Both the position numbers and the translations under genes were made by a program. DNA of 64,000 bases. It comes from an uncultured Verrucomicrobiae bacterium (GTDB taxonomy: Bacteria > Verrucomicrobiota > Verrucomicrobiia > Chthoniobacterales > JAFAMB01). The stretch spans positions 1,408,001-1,472,000 of the forward strand of contig CAWIPH010000002.1 in assembly GCA_963837955.1 (NCBI GenBank), written 5' to 3'. Shown here piece after piece: positions 9,599 through 19,185 of this stretch; position 1 is the stretch's first letter, and every line of letters starts with the position of its first letter. The notes beneath the pieces were generated by a model. It had not been told where the DNA came from and did no database searches. It saw only the letters and a program-made list of their open reading frames with translations.

Positions 9599-10027
9599 AT
9601 GCCAGGCCTAAACGACTTCCTTTCGCGAATCCAGACCGATCATACGTTCTACTTGCAGGTTAAGAAGGACCCGGAGGGAGCCCTAGCGGCTTACGAACTG
9701 AGCGCTGAAGAACAGGCCGCTTTTACCGAATCTGGTCCGCAACTTTGGGCTTATCTCGGACGGCTGACAACGCGTGCCGAATCGCTCGCTCGTGATCAGG
9801 ACGGAAGTATCGTCCATGATCCGAATCCGACCAATTGGAAGATTTCCCCTTTGCACACGTCAACGAATGCCATTGCGGACCTGTGCGGTTCCGCCGATTC
9901 AGATTTTAATCCTGCGACGCTGCTTAGCCGGCCTGAAGTTCAACAAACTATCGCCCTAATCCACGGCGCGAGTACGCACGCCGGTAAGGCGGCGGCGGTC
10001 TCCGCTCTAATGGAACAAATTGGATGA
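9599..10027 (+). CDS. Putative split-borosin precursor (LigA-like borosin-binding domain, candidate core, helical follower)
   Basis: N-terminus MPGLNDFLSRIQTD...KKDPEGALAAYELSAEEQAAF resembles Shewanella SonA (MSGLSDFFTQLGQD...KQNPEAVMRAHGLTDEQINAV); stop overlaps the methyltransferase start (ATGA, 10024-10027). Confidence 0.75.
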   Translation: MPGLNDFLSRIQTDHTFYLQVKKDPEGALAAYELSAEEQAAFTESGPQLWAYLGRLTTRAESLARDQDGSIVHDPNPTNWKISPLHTSTNAIADLCGSADSDFNPATLLSRPEVQQTIALIHGASTHAGKAAAVSALMEQIG

Positions 10028-10836
10028 GGGGAATAGAGCGGACCGAGGACTCTCTGCCGTTTGACATAGCAATCGTCGGACTAGGAATCGTCGGAGTCCA
10101 TCAGATTACTCGGGAGGTCGAAGAAACGATTCGCCGGTGCCGGCGAACATTTGTGGTCGATTCCGGATTTGGTGTTATCTCCTATCTTGAGAGCATCTGT
10201 GAGGAGGTGACGAGTCTTATCCCGCTTTACGAGAGGGGCAAAGAGCGGCTACCCACCTATCGCAGGATGGCGGCTGAGGTGATTAATGGTGCAATTAGCG
10301 GTTCGCCGGTCTGTTTTGCTACCTATGGGCACCCATTGGTCTATTGCTATCCTGCAGTGTTAATCCAAAGGGCGGCCAAACTCCTCAATCTCCGGGCGGA
10401 GACATTTCCGGGTATATCTTCGTTTGACACTTTGCTTGTGGACCTAGGCGTTGACTTCGCGGCCGACGGCTTGCAAATGTACGAAGCGACCGATTTAATT
10501 TTGCGGCGACGGCCGATCCAAAATGACGTCACGTGCGTGCTCTGGCAGGCTAGTGTTTTTGGCGATCCGACTTACGAGACGGACCGCCGCTCCGCTGAAC
10601 ACTTCTTGAGTCTACAAAACTATTTGCTCGAATTCTATCCCCCCGAGCATCCAATCACTCTGGTTTTCTCAAAAACGTTTCCATTGCTGCAGTCGATCGT
10701 CGAAACCTACCGGCTGGGAACGCTTGCGGCCGACCTGGAGCGTGGTCCGCAAGGGGGCACGCTGTACATCCCGCCGCTGCGCCGTCGAGCGATTGAAGAC
10801 CACGAGCTCTTGGAGAAGCTGACCCTCCAGACCTAA
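10024..10836 (+). CDS. Borosin-type peptide backbone alpha-N-methyltransferase (tetrapyrrole methylase fold)
   Basis: IVGLGI, LY-x5-RLPTY, TYGHP, PGISSFDTLLVDLGVD, GLQMYEATD, VLWQ, GTLYIPP; Y69/R75/Y79/Y101 have the spacing of OphMA Y66/R72/Y76/Y98. Confidence 0.85.
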   Translation: MRGIERTEDSLPFDIAIVGLGIVGVHQITREVEETIRRCRRTFVVDSGFGVISYLESICEEVTSLIPLYERGKERLPTYRRMAAEVINGAISGSPVCFATYGHPLVYCYPAVLIQRAAKLLNLRAETFPGISSFDTLLVDLGVDFAADGLQMYEATDLILRRRPIQNDVTCVLWQASVFGDPTYETDRRSAEHFLSLQNYLLEFYPPEHPITLVFSKTFPLLQSIVETYRLGTLAADLERGPQGGTLYIPPLRRRAIEDHELLEKLTLQT

Positions 10837-11040
10837 AACAGCCGTCGTCACTGGTTCGAGCAGGCGGTCGGCTCGATTGGTTTCCAGATTCCAGCAGCTG
10901 AACCAGGTGGAGCTGCCGAGCACTGAACGCCGGTCTCAGAGAGCCGTCCGCACGCAGACTCATCCTTCACTTAGGAAGAAAAGAACCGAGACACGAAGCC
11001 AAACAGAAATCTCTTCAGCCGTTTATCTATTCTTCGTGGC

Positions 11041-13323
11041 CTAATCGTGCGGCGCTAACTCGGCTAACAACTTGTCAAAACGAGGATCCCCGCGAAGCGG
11101 ATCCCAATAGGGTTCGAGTTTGAGGTGGTTGTAGAAGAGCCCGTAGGGCACTCTAGAGAGGGCATTCAATTGGTGAAAAGCGAGATCCGGTTCGTTTGTC
11201 CACGCATAGACGACCGCAAGATTCATCGCAACGCGCGGACCATCTATCGCATCCTTCGAGATCGGCAGAGCCTCTACGGCGCGTTTGCCTTCGGAGATGG
11301 CATCCTCTTTGCGTCCAATTAACGCGTCGACCACGGCCAAATTGCTAAGCAATGCCGCATTCATGGGCGAAGTCTCTACTTTCCGATTCAATAGCTGTCG
11401 CGTCTCGGCCCAACCGGGCTGTGCGCTAGGCTGTTCTCCGCTCAGTCGAGCAAGCAAAATGGAATAACAGCCGAATGGAACGGGTTTCGCACCATAAGCA
11501 AATTCATCAGCATCCTCGCCGCCGCTCATTTTCTCGAGCAGTTGTTTTGCTTGCTGCCAATCTCGATGAGTGATTGCCAACCTGACCTGTTCAGAGAACA
11601 CGATTCTATCCTCTGGCATGGCCGCAGCAAGCGATTCGACCCCCGACCGGTACTCGGTATCGTCCCCTCTTCGTAGAACAGTAGTAAAATATTGCTTCTG
11701 AAGCGTCGCGAGCGGCCGATTTGGAGCAAGGCTGATCAGCTGATCCCAAGCACGTTCGGCCGCAGTAAATTGTCGGGAATAGGAGAGCGTTTCCGCCAAA
11801 TCCGAAATCGGCAGTGGATTACGCGGATCGATTGCAATGGCTTCATTAAACTTCCGAATCGCCAGTTCGAATTTACCCTGGCGGCGGTCCATTAGCGCTT
11901 CCAGATAGATCACTTCAGCACTGTTTGGCAGGTCACGGCGAGCGATTTCTAGCTGAACGCGCGCGCGTTCATAGTCACGATGGCCGCGGTAAAGATGATT
12001 TGCGTAAGCTAAGTGGACCTCGGGAAGATCGGGTTGCAAACGCAAGGCATTGTTAATCGCTTCGTCTCCGAGGGCGCGCCGATCCGAAGTCGGATCGAAA
12101 TCAAGGAACAGGTGGTCATGGACCAAAGCAATCGCGCTGTACGCTACGGCGAAGTTCGGATCGAGTTCCACAGCTTGCTGAAGCAGATTCAAAGCATCGC
12201 GTAGAGGCTTCTCTTTGTCTCCGGTCGCAATGATTTGAGCATGAACAATCTTCTCCTTAGCCTCAAGATACATGTCGTACGCCTTTATATTCTCGGTTGG
12301 TTTTGCTTCGATTCGCTGCTTTTCTTCGGGGGAAAGCGCAGCCGAAAGCTTGCCGGCGATAGTTTGAGCAACCTCGCTCTGAATTGTAAAGATATCAGTG
12401 AGATCCCGGTCGTAGCTGTCGGCCCAAACGGCATTGTCGCTGCGAGCGTCGACCAGTTGGGCGCTTACCCGAACTCGGTTGCCCTCGCGGCGTACCGTTC
12501 CCTCCAAGACGTTGGCTACTCCTAGAGCATAGGCGATCTGGCGCACATCGCGTTTCACGTCCGCGCGATACTGCATAACTGAGGTTCGACTAACGACCTT
12601 GAGTGCCGCAATTTTGGCCAGGTTATTGAGAATTTCGTCCTGAACGCCATCGGCGAAATAGCCGTCGTCTTTACTGGAGCTAATGCTCTCGAAAGGGAGG
12701 ACCGCCACGCTCTTTGCCGAAATTTCGGCGAGGGAACTGCCTGAAATTTGTTGTAAGATTCGGCTCCCCGATGTGTAGAGCCAAGCCGACACGGCGATCA
12801 CTACGGCTGCAGCGGCGAGACCGGCTCCAATGATCCAGCGACTTCGTTTCAGCGGCGCAATGAGACCCGGGTAGGCAGTTGCTTTCGGAGCGGTCTGATT
12901 CGCGCTCGTGAGGGAGTCGCCGTTAGCTAACAGTTTTTTCACCCGCTCGGTGAGCGAGTCGAGATGCTTTTCTAAGGGCGGAGAGACCGCGTCCAGCCAG
13001 TGCACTGTCTCCAGGAAATAGCTCAGACTACTCTGCGGTAGCGTGTCTTCGATGCGAAAGGGAATAACATGCAACCCTAGCGAAAATGCTTTAGCAACTT
13101 CACGTCGCACATGGCCGGAAACATTCGCGTTTTCGGAAAACACGAGCACAAACACCCGACAAGCGGTGATCCCGCGCATGATGCCCTCGGTCCAATCGGA
13201 CCCAAACTCGATGTTCCGGGGAGCCATCCAGCACGGGATATCGGCAGACTCCAGGTGATGGCAAATAGCATCCGCTACTGCCTTGTCCTTGCTCGAATGG
13301 CTGATAAAGATCTGGGGCGTCAT
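11041..13323 (-). CDS. TIR domain - TM helix - TolB-like/FlgO - TPR repeat protein
   Basis: IFISHSSKDK...HVRREV (TIR_2), TM WIIGAGLAAAAVVIAV, KSVAVLPFESIS...YFADGVQDEIL, TPRs, C-terminal WDPLRGDPRF. Confidence 0.9.
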   Translation of the reverse strand: MTPQIFISHSSKDKAVADAICHHLESADIPCWMAPRNIEFGSDWTEGIMRGITACRVFVLVFSENANVSGHVRREVAKAFSLGLHVIPFRIEDTLPQSSLSYFLETVHWLDAVSPPLEKHLDSLTERVKKLLANGDSLTSANQTAPKATAYPGLIAPLKRSRWIIGAGLAAAAVVIAVSAWLYTSGSRILQQISGSSLAEISAKSVAVLPFESISSSKDDGYFADGVQDEILNNLAKIAALKVVSRTSVMQYRADVKRDVRQIAYALGVANVLEGTVRREGNRVRVSAQLVDARSDNAVWADSYDRDLTDIFTIQSEVAQTIAGKLSAALSPEEKQRIEAKPTENIKAYDMYLEAKEKIVHAQIIATGDKEKPLRDALNLLQQAVELDPNFAVAYSAIALVHDHLFLDFDPTSDRRALGDEAINNALRLQPDLPEVHLAYANHLYRGHRDYERARVQLEIARRDLPNSAEVIYLEALMDRRQGKFELAIRKFNEAIAIDPRNPLPISDLAETLSYSRQFTAAERAWDQLISLAPNRPLATLQKQYFTTVLRRGDDTEYRSGVESLAAAMPEDRIVFSEQVRLAITHRDWQQAKQLLEKMSGGEDADEFAYGAKPVPFGCYSILLARLSGEQPSAQPGWAETRQLLNRKVETSPMNAALLSNLAVVDALIGRKEDAISEGKRAVEALPISKDAIDGPRVAMNLAVVYAWTNEPDLAFHQLNALSRVPYGLFYNHLKLEPYWDPLRGDPRFDKLLAELAPHD

Positions 13324-13462
13324 GGCAACTCTCCAGTGCGCACGGCTTTATAGATAGATGCTTTGCGGGCCAATAGCTTGCACAAAATTTGGGTTCGGAA
13401 TGAGGATAGCCCCGGAAGTCTAGCGTGGGTGCCCCTGACGGCTAGGGCGGGTACCCATGACG

Positions 13463-13606
13463 GGTAGGGCGAAACACGCCGGCGAGCGACAGCGAGATAA
13501 GGCGTGTGAGCCAAAAACCACTCAGCTCACAGCCTGTTGGGGGCGGGGATACGAACGGCTCAAGCCGGCGCGGCTGAGACCGCTCCAGGCTTTCGCCCTA
13601 CCGATC
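13463..13606. repeat. GTAG-type REPIN-like unit (reverse orientation)
   Basis: GGTAGGGCGAAA...TTTCGCCCTACCGATC; its reverse complement matches the first ~50 bp of the 32309 copy. Confidence 0.8.
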
Positions 13607-13795
13607 TTGGGTTTTTCGCGTGAGATCTTGCATTCGTAATATGCAGGATTACGGACAACGAGAAGCTGGGGCTGTCGATAATCTTGCTAAACGCGCTCTC
13701 CCGATGCAGAAGAATGAGCAGGCTAGTTACCCGATCGCGACAATCTTGAGAGAAAATCCCGTCCGGCACGTTGTGTGCTTAGGGAGCTGCCTGAG

Positions 13796-15121
13796 ATGAG
13801 TACCCAAGCAGTATGTCGATCGGTGGACGAGATTCCTCTCTACCGCGAAGGTTCTTCCGAGGAGGAATCTGTCCAGCGATTTCAGGATGATCCTATCCGT
13901 TTTCATCTCCGCGCGTTTCGGCAACTAGGGCCGATCTATGCCACTTATTTTCGAAAACGCATTTGGGTGGTTTTGGCTGGCCTGGACGCTAACGATTTTG
14001 TCTGGCGCAACTGGAAGATTTGGGATTACTCGGAGGCAAACGCTCCTTTCCTGAATGAAATGGGGCCCAATCATGTCACCGCCTTGGACGGTGATGATCA
14101 TCGCGATAAACGGGCGATCCTCAAACCGGCTTTCGACCAGGCGCCGGCTATGCGTTTTCTGCCTGAATTTCATCGTCTGCTGGAGGATGAGTTAACGAAG
14201 GTAAGCAACCAGCCGGTGGAACTAACCAAGTTCTGGGCAAGGGCGATTACCAAGATCAATAGCCGGACTGTCGCCCAGGCTGAGATTCCGGACGATGTCA
14301 TCGAACGAATGGCGGATTGGGAATATCAGATGTTGCGCGGCCTTTTTTTGGATGACGGCAGGGCCTCCTATATAGAGAGGGAACGGTATCGGGCTTTGAA
14401 AACGGAGACTTTCGGTTGGCTCCGCAAGATTGTGGATGAGCGGTTGCGAAACCCACGTCTTCATAGCGACAATTTTGCAGCGACGCTCCGAGCCCGGGCC
14501 GTTCAAGAGGGTGGGGATCCGGACCCCGAGCGATTGGTCAACGATCTTTACCTGATTTTATTGGCTGGGACCGATAACACCTCCAGCTTGATCAACTCGG
14601 TGCTTATCCTGGTTGCAGCTTGTCCGGAATGGTTCAAAGCACTGCGAGAAGAACTCGATTCGTGGGACGGGCGCGATGTCAGGGCCTTGGCTCAGATGTC
14701 GAGATTGAAAGCGTCTATCCTGGAAACTCAGCGGGTCCGACCGGGGACCTTCACCCTGTTCAAGCGCGCGGCCGAAGATTTCGAGTTTGAGGGATACCGG
14801 GTGCCGGCAGGAACGGATGTATTGCATGTCCATACACTTGGTCACTTCCTGGAGGAAGTGTACGAAGAGCCATTCCGGTTCAAGCCCGAGCGATTCCTGG
14901 AAAACGATAAATTCGCACCTAAAACGTTCGGCTTGTTTGGCGGGGGATCGCATGTCTGTCTGGGTCGAAATCATAGCTTGCTGCAAACGCCGGTAGCGGT
15001 GGCGCAGGCGATCCGAAACTACGAGATCGAGTTCCAGGAACCGCCGGAAGAGCATGTCCGGGTCGGTTATGCCGGTTCGCGGGTTCATCAGGAGCTCTGG
15101 GTGAAGTTGGTGCCGCGTTGA
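13796..15121 (+). CDS. Cytochrome P450
   Basis: I-helix LLAGTDNT, ExxR (ETQR), PERF, heme motif FGGGSHVCLG; ATG at 13796 preferred over GTG at 13775. Confidence 0.93.
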   Translation: MSTQAVCRSVDEIPLYREGSSEEESVQRFQDDPIRFHLRAFRQLGPIYATYFRKRIWVVLAGLDANDFVWRNWKIWDYSEANAPFLNEMGPNHVTALDGDDHRDKRAILKPAFDQAPAMRFLPEFHRLLEDELTKVSNQPVELTKFWARAITKINSRTVAQAEIPDDVIERMADWEYQMLRGLFLDDGRASYIERERYRALKTETFGWLRKIVDERLRNPRLHSDNFAATLRARAVQEGGDPDPERLVNDLYLILLAGTDNTSSLINSVLILVAACPEWFKALREELDSWDGRDVRALAQMSRLKASILETQRVRPGTFTLFKRAAEDFEFEGYRVPAGTDVLHVHTLGHFLEEVYEEPFRFKPERFLENDKFAPKTFGLFGGGSHVCLGRNHSLLQTPVAVAQAIRNYEIEFQEPPEEHVRVGYAGSRVHQELWVKLVPR

Positions 15122-15122
15122 T

Positions 15123-15213
15123 TCAGTGATCAGTAATCAGTAATCAGTAATCAGTAATCAGTAATCGGTGATCGGTGATCGGTGATCGGTGATTGAGGAT
15201 TGAGGATTGAGGA
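15123..15213. repeat. 13-unit heptamer tandem array
   Basis: TCAGTGA, (TCAGTAA)5, (TCGGTGA)4, (TTGAGGA)3 counted directly. Confidence 0.95.
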
Positions 15214-15232
15214 TTTCGGAGGCGCCGTCGAA

Positions 15233-15372
15233 CCCATCGTCGGAGGGGCGTCGCTCGCGACGCCCGGGAATAGCCCCTGATAAACAACACACGCTGGATC
15301 GCCTCTCCTCGATTCCTCGGTTCGTCCTGGGCTATTCCCTGGCGTCGCAAGCGACGCCCCTCCGACGATGGG
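15233..15372. repeat. REP-doublet-like element with 44-bp imperfect terminal IRs
   Basis: 15233-15276 versus 15329-15372 (GGAGGGGCGTCGC..GCGACGCC); homologous copy at 63200-63383. Confidence 0.85.
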
Positions 15373-15558
15373 CTTTTCCCGCCATCGCTGTAGTATTGCT
15401 AGCAATTCGGGCGACAAGAATCGAAAAACTGGCCCTAAATTCTCAAAAGCGACGTTATTCGGCTTGTTTTAACAATAACTTCGTCGTAAATACTGCTTCA
15501 TTCAGTAGTATAACTACGGAATAGGGCACCCTCCCGACTGTGCCATCCCCAACAAGCC

Positions 15559-16503
15559 ATGAAAAAGAACCTCATCTTGGCTGGCCTAGCATTGGCAGCC
15601 GTTTTGTCGCCCGCATTCAGTGAAGATACCGGTAAAAAGCTCCGCATCGTGTTTTGTCCCCCGAACATGAAGCATACCTGGAACGTTGCTGCGGCCAGGG
15701 CAGCTGAAACCGACGCAAAGAAGCTCGGTATTGAGATCGTTGTTCAGGATGGCCAAGGCAATTCGCCCAAACAATCGAGTGATCTTCGAAACGCCGTGAA
15801 CCAAGGAGTGGACGGAATCGTATTGGGCGCAAATGACATTCACGCGCTAGTGCCCGCGGTGAATGACGTAATCGCTTCAGGTATCCCGATCGTGACTTTT
15901 GACCGGTACGTGGAAGGCACGACCCAGAAGGTGCCGTTCTTCGGGCTGGATAACGTCGCCGGCGGCGCTTTGCTGGCAAAGTATGTCATCGAGAAATTCC
16001 CCAACGGCGCCAAAATTTTGTTTCTAACGGGCCAACCTGGGAGTAGTCCGGCCATTGATCGAGCGAAAGGCGTTCACGACACCCTGAAAGCGGCTGGCGA
16101 CAAATATCAGATCGTGGCGGAACAAACTGGGAACTGGATGCGTGACCAAGGGCTCACCATCACGCAGAACATGCTGACGTCGCTGGGTTATACTCCTGAT
16201 GCGATTATCGCTTCGAACGACGACATGGCGTTAGGTGTTCTGGAGGCTCTACAGCAAGCCGGCCTTCCCCCCAACAAAGTTTTAGTGCTCGGCTGCGATT
16301 GTACTCCAGAAGCTCTGGCGAAAATCAAAGACGGGGTATTAGCCGGCTCGGTAGAATTCCCGTTAAAGCAAGTGACAATGGCTGTCGACGCCATCGTAGC
16401 GCACATCCGCGACAAGAAGCCGATTGAAGGCAAACTGTTGGATCCGGTGCTGATCGAGAAAACGAATCTTACTGCTGCAGAACGCTACGCGGAATTGCAG
16501 TAA
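15559..16503 (+). CDS. RbsB-like monosaccharide ABC substrate-binding protein (orphan)
   Basis: Signal peptide; GIPIVTFDR, DRAKG, GNWMRDQG, SNDDMALG; no adjacent permease or ATPase. Confidence 0.9.
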   Translation: MKKNLILAGLALAAVLSPAFSEDTGKKLRIVFCPPNMKHTWNVAAARAAETDAKKLGIEIVVQDGQGNSPKQSSDLRNAVNQGVDGIVLGANDIHALVPAVNDVIASGIPIVTFDRYVEGTTQKVPFFGLDNVAGGALLAKYVIEKFPNGAKILFLTGQPGSSPAIDRAKGVHDTLKAAGDKYQIVAEQTGNWMRDQGLTITQNMLTSLGYTPDAIIASNDDMALGVLEALQQAGLPPNKVLVLGCDCTPEALAKIKDGVLAGSVEFPLKQVTMAVDAIVAHIRDKKPIEGKLLDPVLIEKTNLTAAERYAELQ

Positions 16504-16648
16504 ATAAGCTAGCGAACCGGTAGAATAGGCCGGGGAGCTGATCAGCGGCCCGCGGGGGGGCGGGCCGCTCCTATCTATCGCCGCTGGAACACCGCCTGGA
16601 ATCGGCGCAAGGGTTGCGAGCTTCCCGGACAACTGCTTAATATGGTCG

Positions 16649-17269
16649 ATGCCTGTTTCTCCGCACACCTGGGTTAACTTCGCAATCGTTGCGCTAATCG
16701 TTTCCTTGGTCCCGGGTCCCGCCTTTATTGTGGTTTTATCGACCTCATTGCGACGGGGGTTTCGGGCGGCACTCCATGCCAATGCTGGTGTCGTAGCCGG
16801 TGACGCCATCTATTTTTTCTTCACCGCACTCGGCCTTGGTACGCTATTGGCCACATCGTATTGGGCGTTCACGATCGTGAAATGGTTAGGTGTCGCGTAC
16901 CTGGTCTATTTAGGTTTGCGTTCGCTGCTCTTTCCGGCGAGCGAAATTGTTGGTGAGAATCGAAGTTCGGGATCCGGACGCCGGGCGTTTATGACTGCGC
17001 TTACCATTCAATTGGCGAACCCAAAATTGTTGCTCTTTCTCGCCGCGTTGGTTCCGCAGTTTATCGAGATCGGACGGCCTGTTCCGGCTCAGTTTGCTGT
17101 TCTGGGCGGAACTTTTATGCTTACCGACGCGGTAGTTTACTTGATTGTCGGGCTGTTCGCGGCGCGTGCTCGACCGCTTTTATCGAAGCCTTGGGCAGCA
17201 CGCACCACCAGCCGAATCACCGGTGTGGCGATGCTTGGAGCAGCGGTTCGGATTGGCGCGGAACGGTGA
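16649..17269 (+). CDS. LysE/RhtB family amino-acid exporter
   Basis: PGPAF, KWLGVAYLVYLG, LANPK motifs. Confidence 0.92.
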   Translation: MPVSPHTWVNFAIVALIVSLVPGPAFIVVLSTSLRRGFRAALHANAGVVAGDAIYFFFTALGLGTLLATSYWAFTIVKWLGVAYLVYLGLRSLLFPASEIVGENRSSGSGRRAFMTALTIQLANPKLLLFLAALVPQFIEIGRPVPAQFAVLGGTFMLTDAVVYLIVGLFAARARPLLSKPWAARTTSRITGVAMLGAAVRIGAER

Positions 17270-17272
17270 GAA

Positions 17273-17480
17273 ACGCCGACATCGCCGAGAAGCCGGCATC
17301 GCCGACATCGCCGAGAACGCCGGGAACGCCGGGAACGCTAAACGGCAGGAGGTAACTCGCGACAAGTCTAGCAAGCAAACTTGGCTCATTTACCGAAGGA
17401 AGGAAAAACCAAGAGGGAGCGTGGTAGCGCTATGAATTCGTTGCCGGCGTTCTCGGCGATGACGGCGCTTCCGGCGTTTC
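17273..17480. repeat. Inverted pair of degenerate 9-bp repeat arrays (CGCCGGGAA / TTCCCGGCG family)
   Basis: 17273-17338 and 17443-17480 are in opposite orientation; same family as 2871-2918. Confidence 0.7.
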
Positions 17481-17757
17481 TCAACGACTCGCGTAGTCTT
17501 TCAACCAAACCAGCGCTGGACGCTCACTACCATCCGCCCGCAATAAATAGGTCCCAGACCTCCAGGTGTGATGCAGTCTCTTACGGAGGATTTCCTCAAC
17601 TTAGATCTCTTCTTACAACGCCCCGCTAGCGAACTTGGCTATAATCCGTCCTCGGAAAAAGGGAGCGTCTGGCTTTGTTTCCTCCGCTCCCTTCTGTTTA
17701 GAATTCTTCTTTGTTTGCTTTTGGTTGGGCGTTCTTTGCGATCTTCTGTGAAGACAC

Positions 17758-19179
17758 ATGATCGACTGGAGCTTTCTCTATCTGTCAAGCGAATGGGCAA
17801 TTCGGGTAGCGATGCTGTTGTATGTCCCGCAACGAAGGAGTGCTTCGGCGTCGCGCACTTGGCTGTTATTCATTTTTCTGTTGCCATGGCCGGGGCTTGC
17901 GCTTTACGCGCTCGTGGGTCGAATCCGATTGCCGGCGCTACGGCGCAACTTGCAGCTCCAGGCGTCGCGTCAAATTGAAAAGGCGCAGGCCCAGATCGGC
18001 GATCGAATAACCCTGGAACCGGATCTCCCTGCTTCGCTCCAGATCATTCCGCAGCAGGCGCGAAAACTCGGTGCCTTCGAACCCTTCGCCGGCAACGCTC
18101 TGGAATTTCTCCGTGACTATGAGGGTAGCATCGATCGGTTGATCGAGGATATCGATTCCGCGAAGCAGCACGTACACCTTCTGACCTATATATACCTGAC
18201 CGATCGGACAGGCGGAAAGGTCACTGAAGCGCTCAAGAGAGCGGCTAAACGCGGCGTCGACTGCCGGGTCTTGCTCGACGCCGTCGGTTCCCGCGTCGCG
18301 CTCGAACGACTTGGGCCGGAGCTGCGAGCAGCAGGTGCAGAAGTCAGATCGATGTTACCGGTTGGATTGTTTCGCCGGAATGGCGCGCGGTTCGACCTGC
18401 GCAACCATCGGAAGGTCGTCGTGATAGATGGTCACATCGGGTACATCGGATCACAAAACATCGCTGATCCCACGTTTGTTAAGAACTATCCCAATGAAGA
18501 ATTGGTAGCCCGCGTCACCGGTCCAATTGTATCCCAACTGCAGGCAGTTTTTTTGGCGGATCATTATCTGGAGACCGAGGCGGCCCTGGATCGGGCAGAA
18601 CTCTTTCCAGACCTCGAACCGACCGGAAATTCGGTTGCCCAGTTGGTGCCGAGCGGACCCGGTTATGGCCAGGAAAACGGTCGAGACCTGATCATCTCGA
18701 TGCTGTACGAAGCCCGGCGCCGCGTCGTAGTAGTCACTCCCTATTTCGTGCCCGATGAACCTTTTCTGCAAGCGATGTGCGCAGCCGGCCAGCGAGAAAA
18801 CGTCGAAGTTCACCTGGTCGTTTCCAAACACGCCAACCAGCTGATAACCCAGTTCGCGCAACGCTCCTATTACGACGATTTGTTAGAGGCCGGGATCGAA
18901 ATTCACCTCTATCGTCCGCATTTCCTTCACGCCAAACTTCTGACCATTGATGACGACGTCGCCCTGGTGGGATCGACTAACATGGATATTCGCTCGTTTG
19001 CGTTAAACGCCGAAATCAATCTGTTGATTTATGACCGCGAGGTCGTGGAATACCTCAAGACAATCCAGCAAGACTATTTCGCTAATAGCGAACAGTTAAC
19101 TCTGGCAGACTGGTGTAAGCGGTCAGCGTTTGCTAAGATAGCGGAAAACACGGCGCGCCTGATGGATTCCTTCCTCTAA
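17758..19179 (+). CDS. cls: Cardiolipin synthase
   Basis: N-terminal PLDc_N TM hairpin; two HKD motifs (NHRKVVVID, LHAKLLTID); GSTNMDIRSF. Confidence 0.93.
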   Translation: MIDWSFLYLSSEWAIRVAMLLYVPQRRSASASRTWLLFIFLLPWPGLALYALVGRIRLPALRRNLQLQASRQIEKAQAQIGDRITLEPDLPASLQIIPQQARKLGAFEPFAGNALEFLRDYEGSIDRLIEDIDSAKQHVHLLTYIYLTDRTGGKVTEALKRAAKRGVDCRVLLDAVGSRVALERLGPELRAAGAEVRSMLPVGLFRRNGARFDLRNHRKVVVIDGHIGYIGSQNIADPTFVKNYPNEELVARVTGPIVSQLQAVFLADHYLETEAALDRAELFPDLEPTGNSVAQLVPSGPGYGQENGRDLIISMLYEARRRVVVVTPYFVPDEPFLQAMCAAGQRENVEVHLVVSKHANQLITQFAQRSYYDDLLEAGIEIHLYRPHFLHAKLLTIDDDVALVGSTNMDIRSFALNAEINLLIYDREVVEYLKTIQQDYFANSEQLTLADWCKRSAFAKIAENTARLMDSFL

Positions 19180-19185
19180 CGCACA

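Noticed and set aside
10024..10836. Cobalamin/siroheme tetrapyrrole methylase
   Set aside because: It has YGHP and R-x3-Y rather than the GDP motif, no cob/cys gene context, and is coupled to a BBD-like ORF
13796..15121. P450 as a definite borosin tailoring enzyme
   Set aside because: It is separated from the pair by a 2.3-kb opposite-strand gene and a REP element; no operon link
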